NCBI GenBank assembly: GCA_964016885.1 | Contig: OZ024741.1 | Coordinates: forward strand, 385,764,001-385,828,000 | DNA: 64,000 nucleotides | Direction of reading: 5' to 3' | From: Eledone cirrhosa | Taxonomy: Eukaryota | Shown here: in pieces, positions 23,699 to 36,415 of the stretch | Position numbering within the stretch: the first letter of the stretch is position 1 | Layout: every line of letters starts with the position of its first letter | The notes under the pieces: model-generated | Databases searched by the model: none | Seen by the model: only the letters and a program-made list of their open reading frames with translations | What the model was told of the DNA's origin: nothing | Translations under genes and position numbers: made by a program

Positions 23699-23890
23699 AT
23701 ATGAAAAATTTGGGGCCCCGGCTGAGCTTCTGCCATTTTAACAGCTAGATCCGAGTTCAGATCTAGCTGTTGAAACGGCAGCAGCTCAGCCGTCGGGGTC
23801 CCAAATTTTTCATATTACCCACTCTATTACCCCAAGTATTGACTACTTTGGTGAGTAATTGTCTAACTGTTTTTTGCTGCCTCCATTCTG
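23699..23890 (+). repeat. Hammerhead-derived palindromic element, copy 2
   Basis: ~115-bp inverted repeat plus attacccactcta...gtattgactactttggtg tail; flanked by (TA)n. Confidence 0.75.
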
Positions 23891-24124
23891 ATATATATAT
23901 ATATGTGTGTGTGTGTGTGTATCCCGGGTTCAATTGGGGGAAACCAAAGTAAGTAAGGTACTCAATACATCATCCTGATGATTTCCTTTGAGTGAAACAG
24001 TCCTGTAGAAGCCATTTCTATATTAAATATTATATATGTTAGGTAATTCCAAAGGAAAAAAAAAGTGCTCTATGTATAGAACAGAGCTATTTAATTAGAA
24101 AGTTAACAACACAAAATATAACTA

Positions 24125-24187
24125 CTCCATTACCAAAGGTTTCTGGATCACAGAATAAGATACGTCTGGATCGGTCGTCAGACAGAG
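24125..24187 (-). ncRNA. Hammerhead-like motif in the PLE 3' pseudo-LTR
   Basis: ctctgt CTGACGA [stem II] GAA ACC ttt GGT A atggag; the base of stem II is mismatched. Confidence 0.6.
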
Positions 24188-24878
24188 ATATTATGGATAA
24201 AAGATATGAAATGAGATTTAAAATCTGTTAAAAATTGGAAGTGAGGCTGGAAAAATAACGGGAAATATACATAAGAAAAGAAGTGTAAGAAAACTAATAT
24301 ATAAAAAATAAAAATATATAGCAATATAGAAGGAGACGTATGTGTACATACATATACACACACATACACACATTCAGATGAAAGGAAAATATATATATAT
24401 ACATGCATATACACATATATATATATATATATATATATACACAAACATACATGTACACGGATATACACATATACATACGCATATATACAGATACACACAC
24501 ACATATATAAAAACATATACAGACATACAAATACATATACACACTCACATGTATTACATACATATATATATACATATACATGTATATATACACATATATG
24601 TGTATATGGCACAGGCACACTAGTCTGCAAAAACATATATGCGAACACACACACCCATATATATATATATATATGAAATGATACGGAGATGTCACACATA
24701 TAGAATTATACATGAATACAATCACATACGCAAAACTACAAATAGATACATGCAGGTATGTGTCTAGTGGAAGTATAAGTAGCTTGGAGCATGCAAAAAT
24801 ACAAATGAACACACGCAGATAACCACATACATAAATACATATATACATACATATGCAACCACATTTATAAATAAAAAA

Positions 24879-24935
<57 letters not shown>

Positions 24936-24954
24936 CACACATATATATATATAT

Positions 24955-25401
24955 ATCTGGACCGAGACCTTTGGCAGTACTCAGTAATAGAGAAGACCTG
25001 CCTTACCTAAATACAAAGTAAAACCTACTACAGTCAGTAGGCATCTCTAACAAAATACACCCCCGTCCCACCCACCCCACCCCATCCACACCGCCCCCTT
25101 CTATGTAAAGTTATGTTGGTGCCACACCATCCAGGCCGAAACAAATGAGATCGTGTAGGTGTCACGACAAAAAAACACACAGTCCACGCTGTAATGTGGC
25201 CGTGTAGGCAACACGGTAAAAACCTCCCAGACCCACACTGTAAATGTGGTTGGTGTTAGGAAGGGCATCCAACTGTAGAAAACCTCCCAGACAGTCCTAT
25301 GCGAGCAAGACAATCACTCTTGCTTCAAGTGGGAAAACCCCCGTCCAAACCCATGCAAGCGTGGAACACGGACGTTAAACGATGATGATGATGATGATGA
25401 T

Positions 25402-25402
<1 letters not shown>
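24955..25402 (+). mobile_element. RTE LINE 3' tail copy nested in the PLE
   Basis: Family 3' UTR ending in gacgttaaac(gat)n; an inverted sister copy lies at 25765-26277. Confidence 0.8.
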
Positions 25403-25436
<34 letters not shown>

Positions 25437-28400
25437 ATACATATACATACACACACACATGCACACACATATACATATATATATACAAAATATATATAAA
25501 AATATGTGTTAGATGATTCTGAAGAGAAAGCAAAGGAAAAAACGAGTGCTTTATGTATAGAACAGAGCATTAAAAATATATAAATATATAAATATATTTT
25601 GTTGTTGAAAGAATGTGATAAAGGCAAAGGAAAAACGAGTGCTCTATGTATAGAACAGAGCTGTAAAAATATTTTGTCATTGAAAGTATGTGATAAAGGC
25701 CCAAGGTGGTAACATAAGAGAGAATGTTCAGGAAAAGATGAAGTCAAAAAGTGAATAATATGTAATCATCATCATCATCATCAACATTGTTTAACGTCCA
25801 TCTTCCACGCTTGCATGGGTTTGGACGGGAGTTTTCCCACTTGAGGCAAGATTTGTTGACTGTCTGGCGGGTTTTCTACGGCTGGATGCCCTTCCTAACA
25901 CCAACCACATTTACAGTGTGGACTGGGAGGTTTTTACCGCGTTGCCTACACGGCCACATTACAGCGTGGACTGTGTGTTTTTTTGTCGTGACACCTACAC
26001 GTCTGGTGGGTTTTCTACGTCTGGGTGCCCTTCCCAACACCAACCACGTTTACAGTGTGTACTGGGAGGTTTTTACCGTGTTACCTACACGGCCACATTA
26101 CAGCGTGGACTGTGTGTTTTTTGTCGTGACACCTACACGACTTCATTTGTTTCGGACTGGATGTTGTGGTACCAATATAACTTCACATTTAAGGAGGTGG
26201 TGTGGATGGGGTGGGGGTATTGGGATGGGGGTGTATTTTGTTAGAGGTGCCTACTGACTGTAGGTTTCGCTTTGTAGTATAAAATAAAGTAAAATAAAAT
26301 AAGTGTTGAATATATAAAGTAAGAGAGATTGTTCAAGGTAAAAGTAAGGGAAAAGAAGAAATGAATAAAATAGGTGTAATATAAAATAAGGGCTTAATAT
26401 AAGTGTTGAATGTGTGGTAAAGGTCCATAGTGTTTAAAGTAAGAGAGAGTTTTCAAGGTGTAATATAAGATAAGTGTTGAATGTGTGAAAAGGAGAGTGT
26501 GTTCTTATATGTGGGCAAATTTGATGCTGAGAAAGGAGATGAGTTCTTATGTGGGCAAATTTTAAATATCTCAGAAATAAATAGAGTTAAGACAGGTGTT
26601 GGGAGATTTCAGATTCTGTAGAATTCTATATTTTTCTGTTACGCACAAGGTACACCTTGTGCCTTTAACATATTCTTTTGATTGGTCTAAGATAGACCAA
26701 TCAATTTCATATGGGATGTCACACACTCTATTTCATCTCCCACACTCTATTTGCCAGCGCCGTAGTTTTCTTTTTATCCTGGTGTCAAAAGAAAGCAACG
26801 TGTGGATAGTATCTTTTTTTAAAGGTAGCCTGGGTAATGCCCACATAACGTTCTCCGGTAGAAGGTTGGTTGGTGTGAATAGGTCTTATAATTGCCTCAT
26901 ATACAACGGATTTGATGGTGCATTTGCCTTGCAAAGGACATTCACCTGGGTTTCTGCATGAACATCCTGGGATTCCTCTGTCAGTTTTGCCGGTGGTGAT
27001 TTTCGGTTTTATGGAAGGACTGCAAGAATAGCTAATCTTGGCACAGTTTCTGTTCAAAATTTTGTTATATTTATGATGATGGGGGAAATGTTTATCTACT
27101 AATTCAAGGAATTTTCTACCTACATTAGTTTTGAGTGCTAAAGAGAAGGGTGGTGTGAACCAGGTTATTTTTCTTTTCCTATTATTATGTGTAGAAGGAT
27201 TAGAGGAGTTAGAAATATATTTAATTTGTTCAGTGAATCTGCTATTGTTAAGGGCCTTATTATAGTAAGGGGCTGCTTTATTAAATATTTCTTCAGAAGA
27301 GGAGAGGGAAGATATCCTATGGTTAGTTTGGGATGAGGTTTTTGAATACTATGGGAGGATGGCATGATTGTTTATTTATATATTTAAGATTCTCATTAGG
27401 TTTATGGTAAGGTTTAAATGAAGCAGTGAGTAAGGCAAGGTTTATATCAAGGAAATTTATGTTGGTAAGATTAGTATCTGTAGTAATTTTAAGGTTTAGG
27501 TCAGAGAATAGTTTAATTAAATCTTTACGAAAAGTGTCGAAGTCATGGTCATTGGTGGTATGAGAGATTGCTAGTCCGTCGTCTCGATATAGCCCAATGG
27601 TATGACCTGGGAGTTTTTCCCTTATTGTGTGTAGAAGGAACAAATCGACCAAATCACACACATCAGCATTGTCAAAGGAACCCATAGAGACATCAAAAGG
27701 GTTTTCTGGGTTAGATTTTTTTACCCAAGATTCGTTTTTGGCAAAAAGTAGTTTTCCGGGCATGTAAAATTACTTACTCTTCTAAGTCGGATATATTAGT
27801 GTAATTTTTAGCGAAATCTAATGCTTTGGCTAATAAGGATTGAGTAATAGAGGAGTAGAAGTCTATTATATCGAATTGAGTGAATCTAGATCTATTTTTA
27901 TCAGGTATAATATTAAACCATGAAACTACTGAAGATGCATTGATAAAGTTCTGTTTTCTTATTTTTAATATTATATTTCTTAATATTCTTTTACTGGCAA
28001 GACCAATTTCTGATTTAGCAGGGTTAATGAGTCTACAACTAGGTCTGTTATTGAAATCTATTTTGTGGTATTTTAGTTTAATATAGGTTTTACATTTAGC
28101 TAGGCTTTCAATTCTATTATCAATTTTTAATTTACTTGCAATGTCTTTAGCTTCAATATTTATATTATTAAGGGTGTCATTTTTGGCTTTTTGATATTTG
28201 GCAGTGATGCTATCTATTAAAAAGTTGGTTATATAAATCGTTATTTATTTCATATAAGTTTTTAGTCTTATCGGAAAAAACGAACTTATTATTACAAGAC
28301 TTAATATTAGAAATATCATTAGCAAGCTTAGTTTGTGAGTGTATATGTATTTGTATATGCCTGTATGTATGTCTGTATATGTTTTTATATGTGTGTGTGT

Positions 28401-28721
28401 GTCCGTCCGTATATATGCGTATGTATATGTGTATATCCGTGTACATGTATGTTTGTATATATATATATATATATATATGTGTATATGCATGTATGTATAT
28501 ATACATATATATATATATATTTTCCTTTTATCTGAATGTGTGTATGTGTGTGTATATGTATGTACACATACGTCTTCTTCTATATTGCTATATATTTTTA
28601 TTTTTTATATCTTAGTTTTCTTACCCTTCTTTTCTTACGTATATTTCCCGTTATTTTTCCAGCCTTACTTCCAATTTTTAACAGATTTTAAATCTCCTTT
28701 CAAATCTTTTATCCATAACAT

Positions 28722-28789
28722 CTCTGTCTGACGACCGATCCAGACATTTCTTATTATTGTCTGTGATCCAGAAACCTTTGGTAGTGGAG
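28722..28789 (+). ncRNA. Hammerhead-like motif in the inverted PLE pseudo-LTR
   Basis: CTGACGA at 28728-28734; GAAACCTTTGGTA at 28771-28783. Confidence 0.6.
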
Positions 28790-29169
28790 TAGTTATATTT
28801 TGTGTTGTTCACTTTCTAATTGAATATTATATATATATACTTCATAGTTTTTTAATTTGTTTCTTATCTGAAAACGTGTGTTGAAACAGTTATTGTTATA
28901 CTTTGGGCGGGTCATACTGTCAATAAAACACATGCACCTGTTGGTTTTCATTTCAATTTATTATAAATTTCCACTTGGCTGGTTGGTTGGTTCGATAACC
29001 GAATTGTTTATATATTGTCAAAGCTCTTTCGTGACGAAAGAAAACATCAGTGATATGAAAAGATTTCCAGGTGAAAGTTCAGGTAAACTCTGGGTGTAGA
29101 TCCAGTTTCAGAGTGAAAATCCAATTTGAAAATCCAATGAATTTATGTATATATATATATATATATATA

Positions 29170-29567
29170 TATTGGTAAACGGAATAGAAAATGCTGACAA
29201 ATTGTTCACAGTGAAAAATAGTTTAATTAGGAATAAGTGAGAATTAGTAATTGTATTGGTTAGTATTCAGTTTTGGTTTTAAGTTTTACCGGTTGCGCAT
29301 CTCTAATGCTTTTCAAAAATAATTTTGAGATAGAGCGTCCGTGATGTTTGCTCTGATCTGATTAGTTTTGGAAATTCTACCTGTTTTTATGTTAAAAAAG
29401 TGGCTCCAGCGGTATTAAAATAAGTTTTGCGCCAATTCGTGTTGCAAAAATTCTTGTGGTCAAAACAATTTTGATTGGTCGTTAGAGGTCATGTGAATGT
29501 AAAAAGTTGATTTTGCGCCAAATGTAGGTTTGTGTCGGCTGACTGAGAAATGACTCTTTCACAACAA

Positions 29568-29605
<38 letters not shown>

Positions 29606-30235
29606 TAGTAATAAAGTGTTCGTTGTTGTGATAATATCCCTCACTCACTTACAGACACATTCCTACTGACCATCCCTCTACCACGAATTACTCTGCTACA
29701 CACACACACACTTGTCTTAATAGGCATTTGAACTGTCAACAGGCTGCGGTTCGCACACACATCCCTGCTGACCATTGTCACAACAACGAACACTTTACTA
29801 CTACTACACACACACACACACACACACACATATTTGTTGTGAAAGAGTCATTTCTCAGTCAGCCGACACAAACCTACATTGGGCGCAAAATCAACTTTTT
29901 ACATTCACATGACCTCTACCGACCAATCAAAATTGTTTTGACCACAAGAATTTTTGCAACACGAATTAGCGCAAAACTTATTTTAATACCGCTGGAGCCA
30001 CTTTTTTAACATAAAAACAGGTAGAATTTCCAAAACTAATCAGATCAGAGCAAACATCACGGACGCTCTATCTCAAAATTATTTTTGAAAAGCATTAGAA
30101 ATGCACAACCGGTAAAACTTAAAACCAAAACTGAATACTAACCAATACAATAATTACTAATTCTCACTTATTCCTAATTAAACTATTTTTCACTGTGAAC
30201 AATTTGTCAGCATTTTCTATTCCGTTTACCAATAT
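29170..30235. mobile_element. Foldback element/large MITE with ~460-bp TIRs
   Basis: Arms at ~29170-29635 and ~29774-30235 are near-identical reverse complements; AT/TA context at both ends. Confidence 0.9.
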
Positions 30236-30267
30236 ATAATAACTTGTGTGTTACACCTCTATTCTTT

Positions 30268-30294
<27 letters not shown>

Positions 30295-30300
<6 letters not shown>

Positions 30301-30743
30301 CGAGATCTGTCCACACCTTGAACCCTGGGTGACACCTAAAAGTCAAATTCTAGGTCACCATCCTTTCCGGCGTGGACGGGTTCATGCGTGGGCGATCCCT
30401 CAAGGTGGGAGACAGAAAGCGACAGGTATATAAAACCTGTATCATCCCACGTTTACACAGAGAGATCGGAGCACCATGATATACACAAGCTATGTGAACG
30501 ATTCACCGCTACCTTCAGGCCGCTAAGGTCTACAGACAACCACAGACGATTACTTTCTCTCTCTCCTGGTCTCAGACTACACCAGCCTCATGAACCAACA
30601 ACAAAATAACATTGTCAACCTTCGAGACTCATGGTAACTTGTTTATTGTTCTTTTTGACTGAAGTGAAGTAAACCTTTTTATATATAAAGTAAATCAGCT
30701 ATCCTTGTTATTTCATCTAACAACCACTACAAATACCCTTCGT

Positions 30744-30747
<4 letters not shown>
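30295..30747 (+). mobile_element. Probable solo LTR inserted in (TA)n
   Basis: tatagcga...tcgttaca short terminal inverted repeats, internal tatataaaa, and a 3' end (ccttgtta..ttcat...acaacc) similar to the LTR at 46547. Confidence 0.55.
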
Positions 30748-30819
<72 letters not shown>

Positions 30820-30873
30820 AGTATGTTTTAAATCAACTATTCTTGTTATTTCACCACTACAAATACCCTTCGT

Positions 30874-30911
<38 letters not shown>

Positions 30912-31257
30912 AGTATGTTTTGAAACAGTGAGCAGGTTTGAAATTAGAAAATAGAATAGCTTTCACCGTATTTTTTGACTAAAGAAATTTTAGCCTGATA
31001 ATGTGGTTTAGAACCCTCAGATAAATGGAAAAAGATGAGTATTGACGTCATATATTTATATGTATGTGTATATCATCATCATCATCATCATTTTACGTCC
31101 GCTTTTCCCTGCTTGTATGTGTGTATATATATTTATATGTACGTGTATATATATTTATGTATGTGTATATATATATACATATATGTATGTGTATATATAT
31201 ATATGTGTGTATATATATATATATATGTATGTATGTATGTGTATATATATATATATA

Positions 31258-32688
31258 GGGGAGCAGTCAGCAAAGTTAGGATTGGCAATGAGTATAGCGA
31301 GGAATTTAGCGTACAGGTTGGGGTCCACCAGGGCTCTGTTCTTAGCCCTCTCCTGTTCATCATAGTCCTGCAGGCAATAACGGAGGAGTTTAAGACCGGA
31401 TGCCCATGGGAACTCCTGTATGCTGATGACCTCGCACTCATAGCTGAATCTATGGTAGAACTAGAGAATAAATTCCAAACCTGGAAGCAAGGACTAGAGA
31501 GAAAGGGCCTCAAAGTCAACATGACAAAGACTAAGGTCCTTATAAGTAGACGAGAAAACAGAACCCAGATCCCCTCAGGGAAATGGCCTTGCTCAGTATG
31601 TAGGAAAGGTGTAGGTAGGAACTCCATTCTTTGCCCCAAATGCAAACAATGGGTACACAAGAGATGTAGCGGGATCTCAGGAAGCTTAATTAAGAATGTA
31701 GGATTCACATGCAGCAGCTGTGCTGAAACAGCAAGCAAACAGCCACAGGAAACAAGTACCACCAATCTCTGGGAGGGCCCTGTAGAAACAGTAGACAGCT
31801 TCTGCTACCTAGGTGACCGAATTAGCAACGGAGGTGGGTGCTCAGAAAGTACAATAACTAGGGTAAGAACGGGATGGAAGAAGTTTAGGGAACTACTACC
31901 ACTGCTAGCTGCAAAAGGCTTCTCCCTCAGAATGAAAGGCAGACTGTATGATGCGTGTATCCGAACAGCGATGTTGCATGGTAGTGAGACCTGGGCGCTG
32001 AAGGTGGAAGACTTACGTAGATTAGAGAGAAACGAAGCCTGCATGCTCCGATGGATGTGTAACAGTAATATACGTGAACGACAAAGCATAAATGAATTGA
32101 GAGAGAGACTGAGCATAAGAGGAATCAAATGCTGCGTGCAGGAGAGGCGGTTACGCTGGTATGGACATGTGATGCGTATGAAGGATGACAGCTGCATAAA
32201 AAGGTGCAGAGCACTAGAAGTTGATGGAAACCGCGGAGTGGGGAGACCCAAGATGACTTGGGATGAGGTGATAAAAGCCGACCTTACCCAACTACACCTC
32301 TCAAAGTCAATGACACACGACCGTGACTTCTGGCGTCACGCAGTAATACAGGGTACCCGACCTCCCATGGGTACATGCTGAAGCATATAAACAATATGCC
32401 CCCCCCCCCCCCCCCCCCACCGCAAGGTGGTCGTGGAGGTGCCACGGCAAAAAAGCACCCAGCCCACACTGTAAAGTGGACGTGTAGGCGCCACGAAAAA
32501 GCACCCAGCACTCACTGTAAATGAGGTTGGTGTTAGGAAGGGCATCCAGCTGTAGAAATCAAGCCAGATCAGTTCCTGTATGAGCAAGGCATGGTCAGCC
32601 GACCAGACACTGCCCACAACAGGACAACCCGTCTAACCCATGCTAGCGTGGAAGAACGGACGTAAAACGGTGATGATGATGATGATGA
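31258..32688 (+). mobile_element. 5'-truncated RTE-clade LINE with an uninterrupted RT C-terminal frame
   Basis: GVHQGSVLSP, YADD, Cys-rich insert and RLRWYGHV motifs; stop at 32379-32381; 3' UTR ends in (gat)n. Confidence 0.95.
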
Positions 32689-32721
32689 TATATATGTATG
32701 TATGTGTATATATATATATGT

Positions 32722-32755
<34 letters not shown>

Positions 32756-33306
32756 GTATATATATGTGTATATATTTATATATATGTATATATATGTGTA
32801 TATATATATGTGTATATATATATATATGTAGGAGGTGAGTTTTATTGTAGTACAATAAAGCAACATGGAACTCTTTTAACCATCTTTTGATCTTATATTA
32901 TATATATATATATGTATGTGTATGTATATATGTATGTGTATGTACATATGTATGTGTATGTATATATGTATGTGTATGTATATATATGTATGTGTATATT
33001 TATATATATTGTATATATATATATATATATACACACACACATCTATGCCTCCTTTTAGTAATTTTAGATGTTTCTGCTTTAAGCCATGTTCCATTTTCTT
33101 CTTTTTTTTCATATTATCCTCTTTCTTCTTTGTATTGAGATTGTATGCACTTCCTTATTTTTTGAACACACACACACATGCCTAAATTCTCATATGTTTA
33201 CAATATTTGTAACTAATTAACTTATTCTTTTTTCTCTCTTTTCAAAAAGAGATTGATATATATTAGATACAGTTTTTGTTGACGATATTGTTGTTATTGT
33301 CATTAG

Positions 33307-33381
33307 GATCTGTTGGAGCAAGATATATTTTTGATTGGTTCCCCTGGTCCCATCCGAAGACACCTGACCATGATGTATTTG
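33307..33381 (+). CDS. VWA8: VWA8 exon 4
   Basis: DLLEQDIFLIGSPGPIRRHLTMMYL (degenerate first Walker A); tag acceptor, gtaagt donor. Confidence 0.95.
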
Positions 33382-33534
33382 GTAAGTATCTTTTGTTTCC
33401 TTTGATTAACTCCAAGAATATTACTGTATTTTACAGTGTACAACATACACTTTTTTTTACTCCAAAACTTGATGTCAGTACCTACCTGTGTCCTAGGTAC
33501 AAAAAACTACTATTACTAAAAGACCAAATCACCA

Positions 33535-33657
33535 CTGTCAAGTAACATATCTCAGGGCTGTCACTCTTTATGAAGGCACTTTGAAAGGTAGATCAGGAGA
33601 AATTGTGGAGTTGCTTCAGAGGAAATGAATGGATGTATGCTGTATACAAGATGCAAA

Positions 33658-33691
<34 letters not shown>

Positions 33692-34990
33692 TCTCAGCAA
33701 GACTACTCACAGGCAAACAATATATTTATAAGCTTTTCTGGGTAGGAAATGACGATGGGATAGGTGAGGTAGGCACTTTACTAAGAAATACTGAGAAATG
33801 GATAGATAAGGTGATAGAGGTAGTTAGAGTAAATAAAATTATCAAGCTTAGAATAGCTGAAGGAAATATGACAACAATTATCAACAAAGGGACCATTTCT
33901 ATGAAGAACTTTTATAGAAAACCTCAGTTACTGATGACATAGACCTCATCATTCTGGCAGGTGACTTCAATGGACATGCTGGATATGGTTATAACTTGAG
34001 AAATGAAGAAGGAGTGAGATTCCTAGAATTCTGTAATGCAAATGAACTAACCATTTGCAACACAAATTTTGTGAACACATAAGCCAGATTGATTTCTTAC
34101 TTGTCAGAAAATGAGATAGACAGATGGTTATAAATGTTAAGACCTACCCTGGAGAAGACTGCACTGTCCAACATAGGTTAGTTATTTGTGAGATTAGAAT
34201 AAGCTCAAGACAGAACAACAAAAACAGGAAAATCTGGAGGAGTAGAGTTTGGAAGCTAAAGGATATTTCTGTTAAGTATAGATGCAGGAAAGCTCTATGT
34301 GATGCATATGAAGAAAGCAAAGCCAAGTTAGGTACATATGACATAGAGGACACTTGGAAGTTCTTATGTGATAAACTATTACTGACTAATGATGAGACTT
34401 GTGATTGGAGTAAAGCTCTAGCCAGAGTGTGACCTGGTGATGGAACAGCACAGTGGATAGGGCCATTAAAGCCAAGAGACAGTGGAACAGCACAGTGGAT
34501 AGGGCCATTAAAGCCAAGAGACAGGTGTGGAAAGACTAGAAAAATGGGGGCAGCAGAGATCAATACAAGGTAATTTAGAGAGAAGCTAGGCAACAGATGT
34601 ACATAGCATGCAAAGAGGCTGAAAGAAAGAGGTTTGCCAATGTCTTGTTACGTGAGGATCAGAGACATGAGGTGTTTTACATCGTAATATAATGTGTCAA
34701 TGTGAATTGGGATGTTGTTGGGGAAAAGTGTGTTAGAAATGACTCTGGTGTACTTAAAGAAAGAGTCCTGGAAATAGTACTATGAGAGGTTAATGAATAT
34801 GGAGAATGAATGGGAGGAAGAGAAACTACTCAACAGAGGGCCTGGCTATCAAAATTGACAGTTATAGAGTCAAAGAAGCAATCAAGGAGATGAAAAATGG
34901 TAAAGCTTCTGAGATACTGAAAGCATCTGGGGAAATAGAAACTGAACTAGTTACTCACATAGTCGATAAAGTAATACAGGAAGGGGTAAC
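33535..34990 (+). mobile_element. RTE LINE fragment (AP endonuclease to RT start), degenerate
   Basis: YKLFWVGN, ILAGDFNGH and VQHRLVICE motifs; many frameshifts. Confidence 0.85.
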
Positions 34991-35030
34991 AATAACAACA
35001 ACTACTACTACTTAACTTATTTTGATGTAG

Positions 35031-35141
35031 GAGCTGACCAAACGAGAAGTAGAATATGTATCTTTATCCAGGGACACTTCCGAATCTGACTTGAAACAGC
35101 GTCGTGAGATTCTCTCAGGAAATGCATTCTATGTTGATCAG
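35031..35141 (+). CDS. VWA8: VWA8 exon 5
   Basis: ELTKREVEYVSLSRDTSESDLKQRREILSGNAFYVDQ; tag acceptor, gtaaac donor. Confidence 0.95.
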
Positions 35142-36247
35142 GTAAACATTTTTCTGTCTTTGTTGTTGTTGCTGCTGCTGCTGTTGTTTAGCCCTTTTGA
35201 TACCAAGTATGGTGCATGATTTAGTGGTTAGAGTATTGGGCTTGCAAACGTGAGGTTGCGAGTTTGATTCCCAGACCAGGTGATGTGTTGTGTCCCTGAG
35301 CAAGACACTTTTTCCTCGTTGCTCCAGTTTACTCAGCTATAGAAATGAGTTGTGACATCACTGGTGCTAAGCTGTATTGGTCATTGCCTTTCCCTTAGAT
35401 AACAGTAATCATATGGAGAGGGGAGGCTGGAATGCATGGGTGACTACTTATCTTTCACAAACAACCTTTTGTGCCTTGGAAGGGATGCCTTATAGTATTT
35501 CTTCTAGTTCTCTGCATTTGAAATTAAAATTCCACTGAGGTAAACTTTAAATTTCGTACTTTTGGGCTTGATAAATAGATATTGGTCACATACTAGTGAT
35601 GCCATATAGCCTTGTGGTTAGGGTATGGGTTGTCATGGATTGTGTCAGACTATTCTATGTCTGTTATGTTATTAAGCTGGACCATAACTTACACAATGGA
35701 AAGTTTTTAGATAGTTATCAATCAACTATTAGGCCATACTACTTGCATGGATTCCCTTGACTCTCTGTCACCATCCAATTCTATTGTTCATCATATTCAG
35801 CAGATCAAAAGGATTGCAATTTATGCCATCATAAATCTGCTTCATATAGGTTTCGGTTTGTCGTCCTCTGCTAGCTCTTCCTTGTGTATGCTACCACAAA
35901 AGAACTTCACTAACAATTTCAGCCTTCCAGTACTGCCCTCTGCGCTTTGATGATGTCTGATACTGGATGAAGGTTCCCATACAGCTGCTCATTGGTCAGA
36001 CAATCTCTCTCACCAAGTGACATTCAAAGCTACTCTTAGCATGTGAGTGTAGGCTCCATCTAATCTTCTTTCTAATTCAAATTCATACCACATTGCTTGC
36101 TGCATGGGCAAACAGATAAATATAAACACTTTAAAATAGACAGTTTTGTAAAACCAGGGACGGTGTCAGAAGAGCTAAGAATGATTGCAAGTATATAATA
36201 TATGTTCTAACTATAAGCTATTTATAATTTTTATTTTGTACATTCAG

Positions 36248-36415
36248 TGTGCTGTGAAAGCTGCTGTAAAAGGCCGTGTTTTGGTTCTGGAAGGAATTGA
36301 AAAAGCAGAGAGAAATGTTCTTCCTGTGCTAAACAATCTTTTGGAGAATCGGGAAATGCAACTTGAAGATGGTCGATTTTTGGTGGCAGCATCACGCTAT
36401 GATCAGTTGTTGAAA
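36248..36415 (+). CDS. VWA8: VWA8 exon 6
   Basis: CAVKAAVKGRVLVLEGIEKAERNVLPVLNNLLENREMQLEDGRFL...; cag acceptor, gtttgt donor. Confidence 0.96.

Larger units (their letters stand above)
24092..28825 (-). mobile_element. Penelope-like element (RT + GIY-YIG), degenerate, with inverted pseudo-LTRs
   Basis: 26545-28335 encodes FDIIDFYSSI, SMGSFD, GLYRDDGL, WFTPPFS, CSCRNPGECPL and VVY...YVG with stops and frameshifts; 24092-24547 and 28336-28825 are inverted copies. Confidence 0.9.

Noticed and set aside
24178-24938. YIYI/VCVC-rich ORFs here and at 28.2-28.7, 30.7 and 32.6-33.2 kb
   Set aside because: Dinucleotide microsatellite artefacts.
31035-31257. N-terminal part of the 448-aa ORF
   Set aside because: It is translation of (TA)/(TG) microsatellite; the real LINE sequence starts at ~31258.
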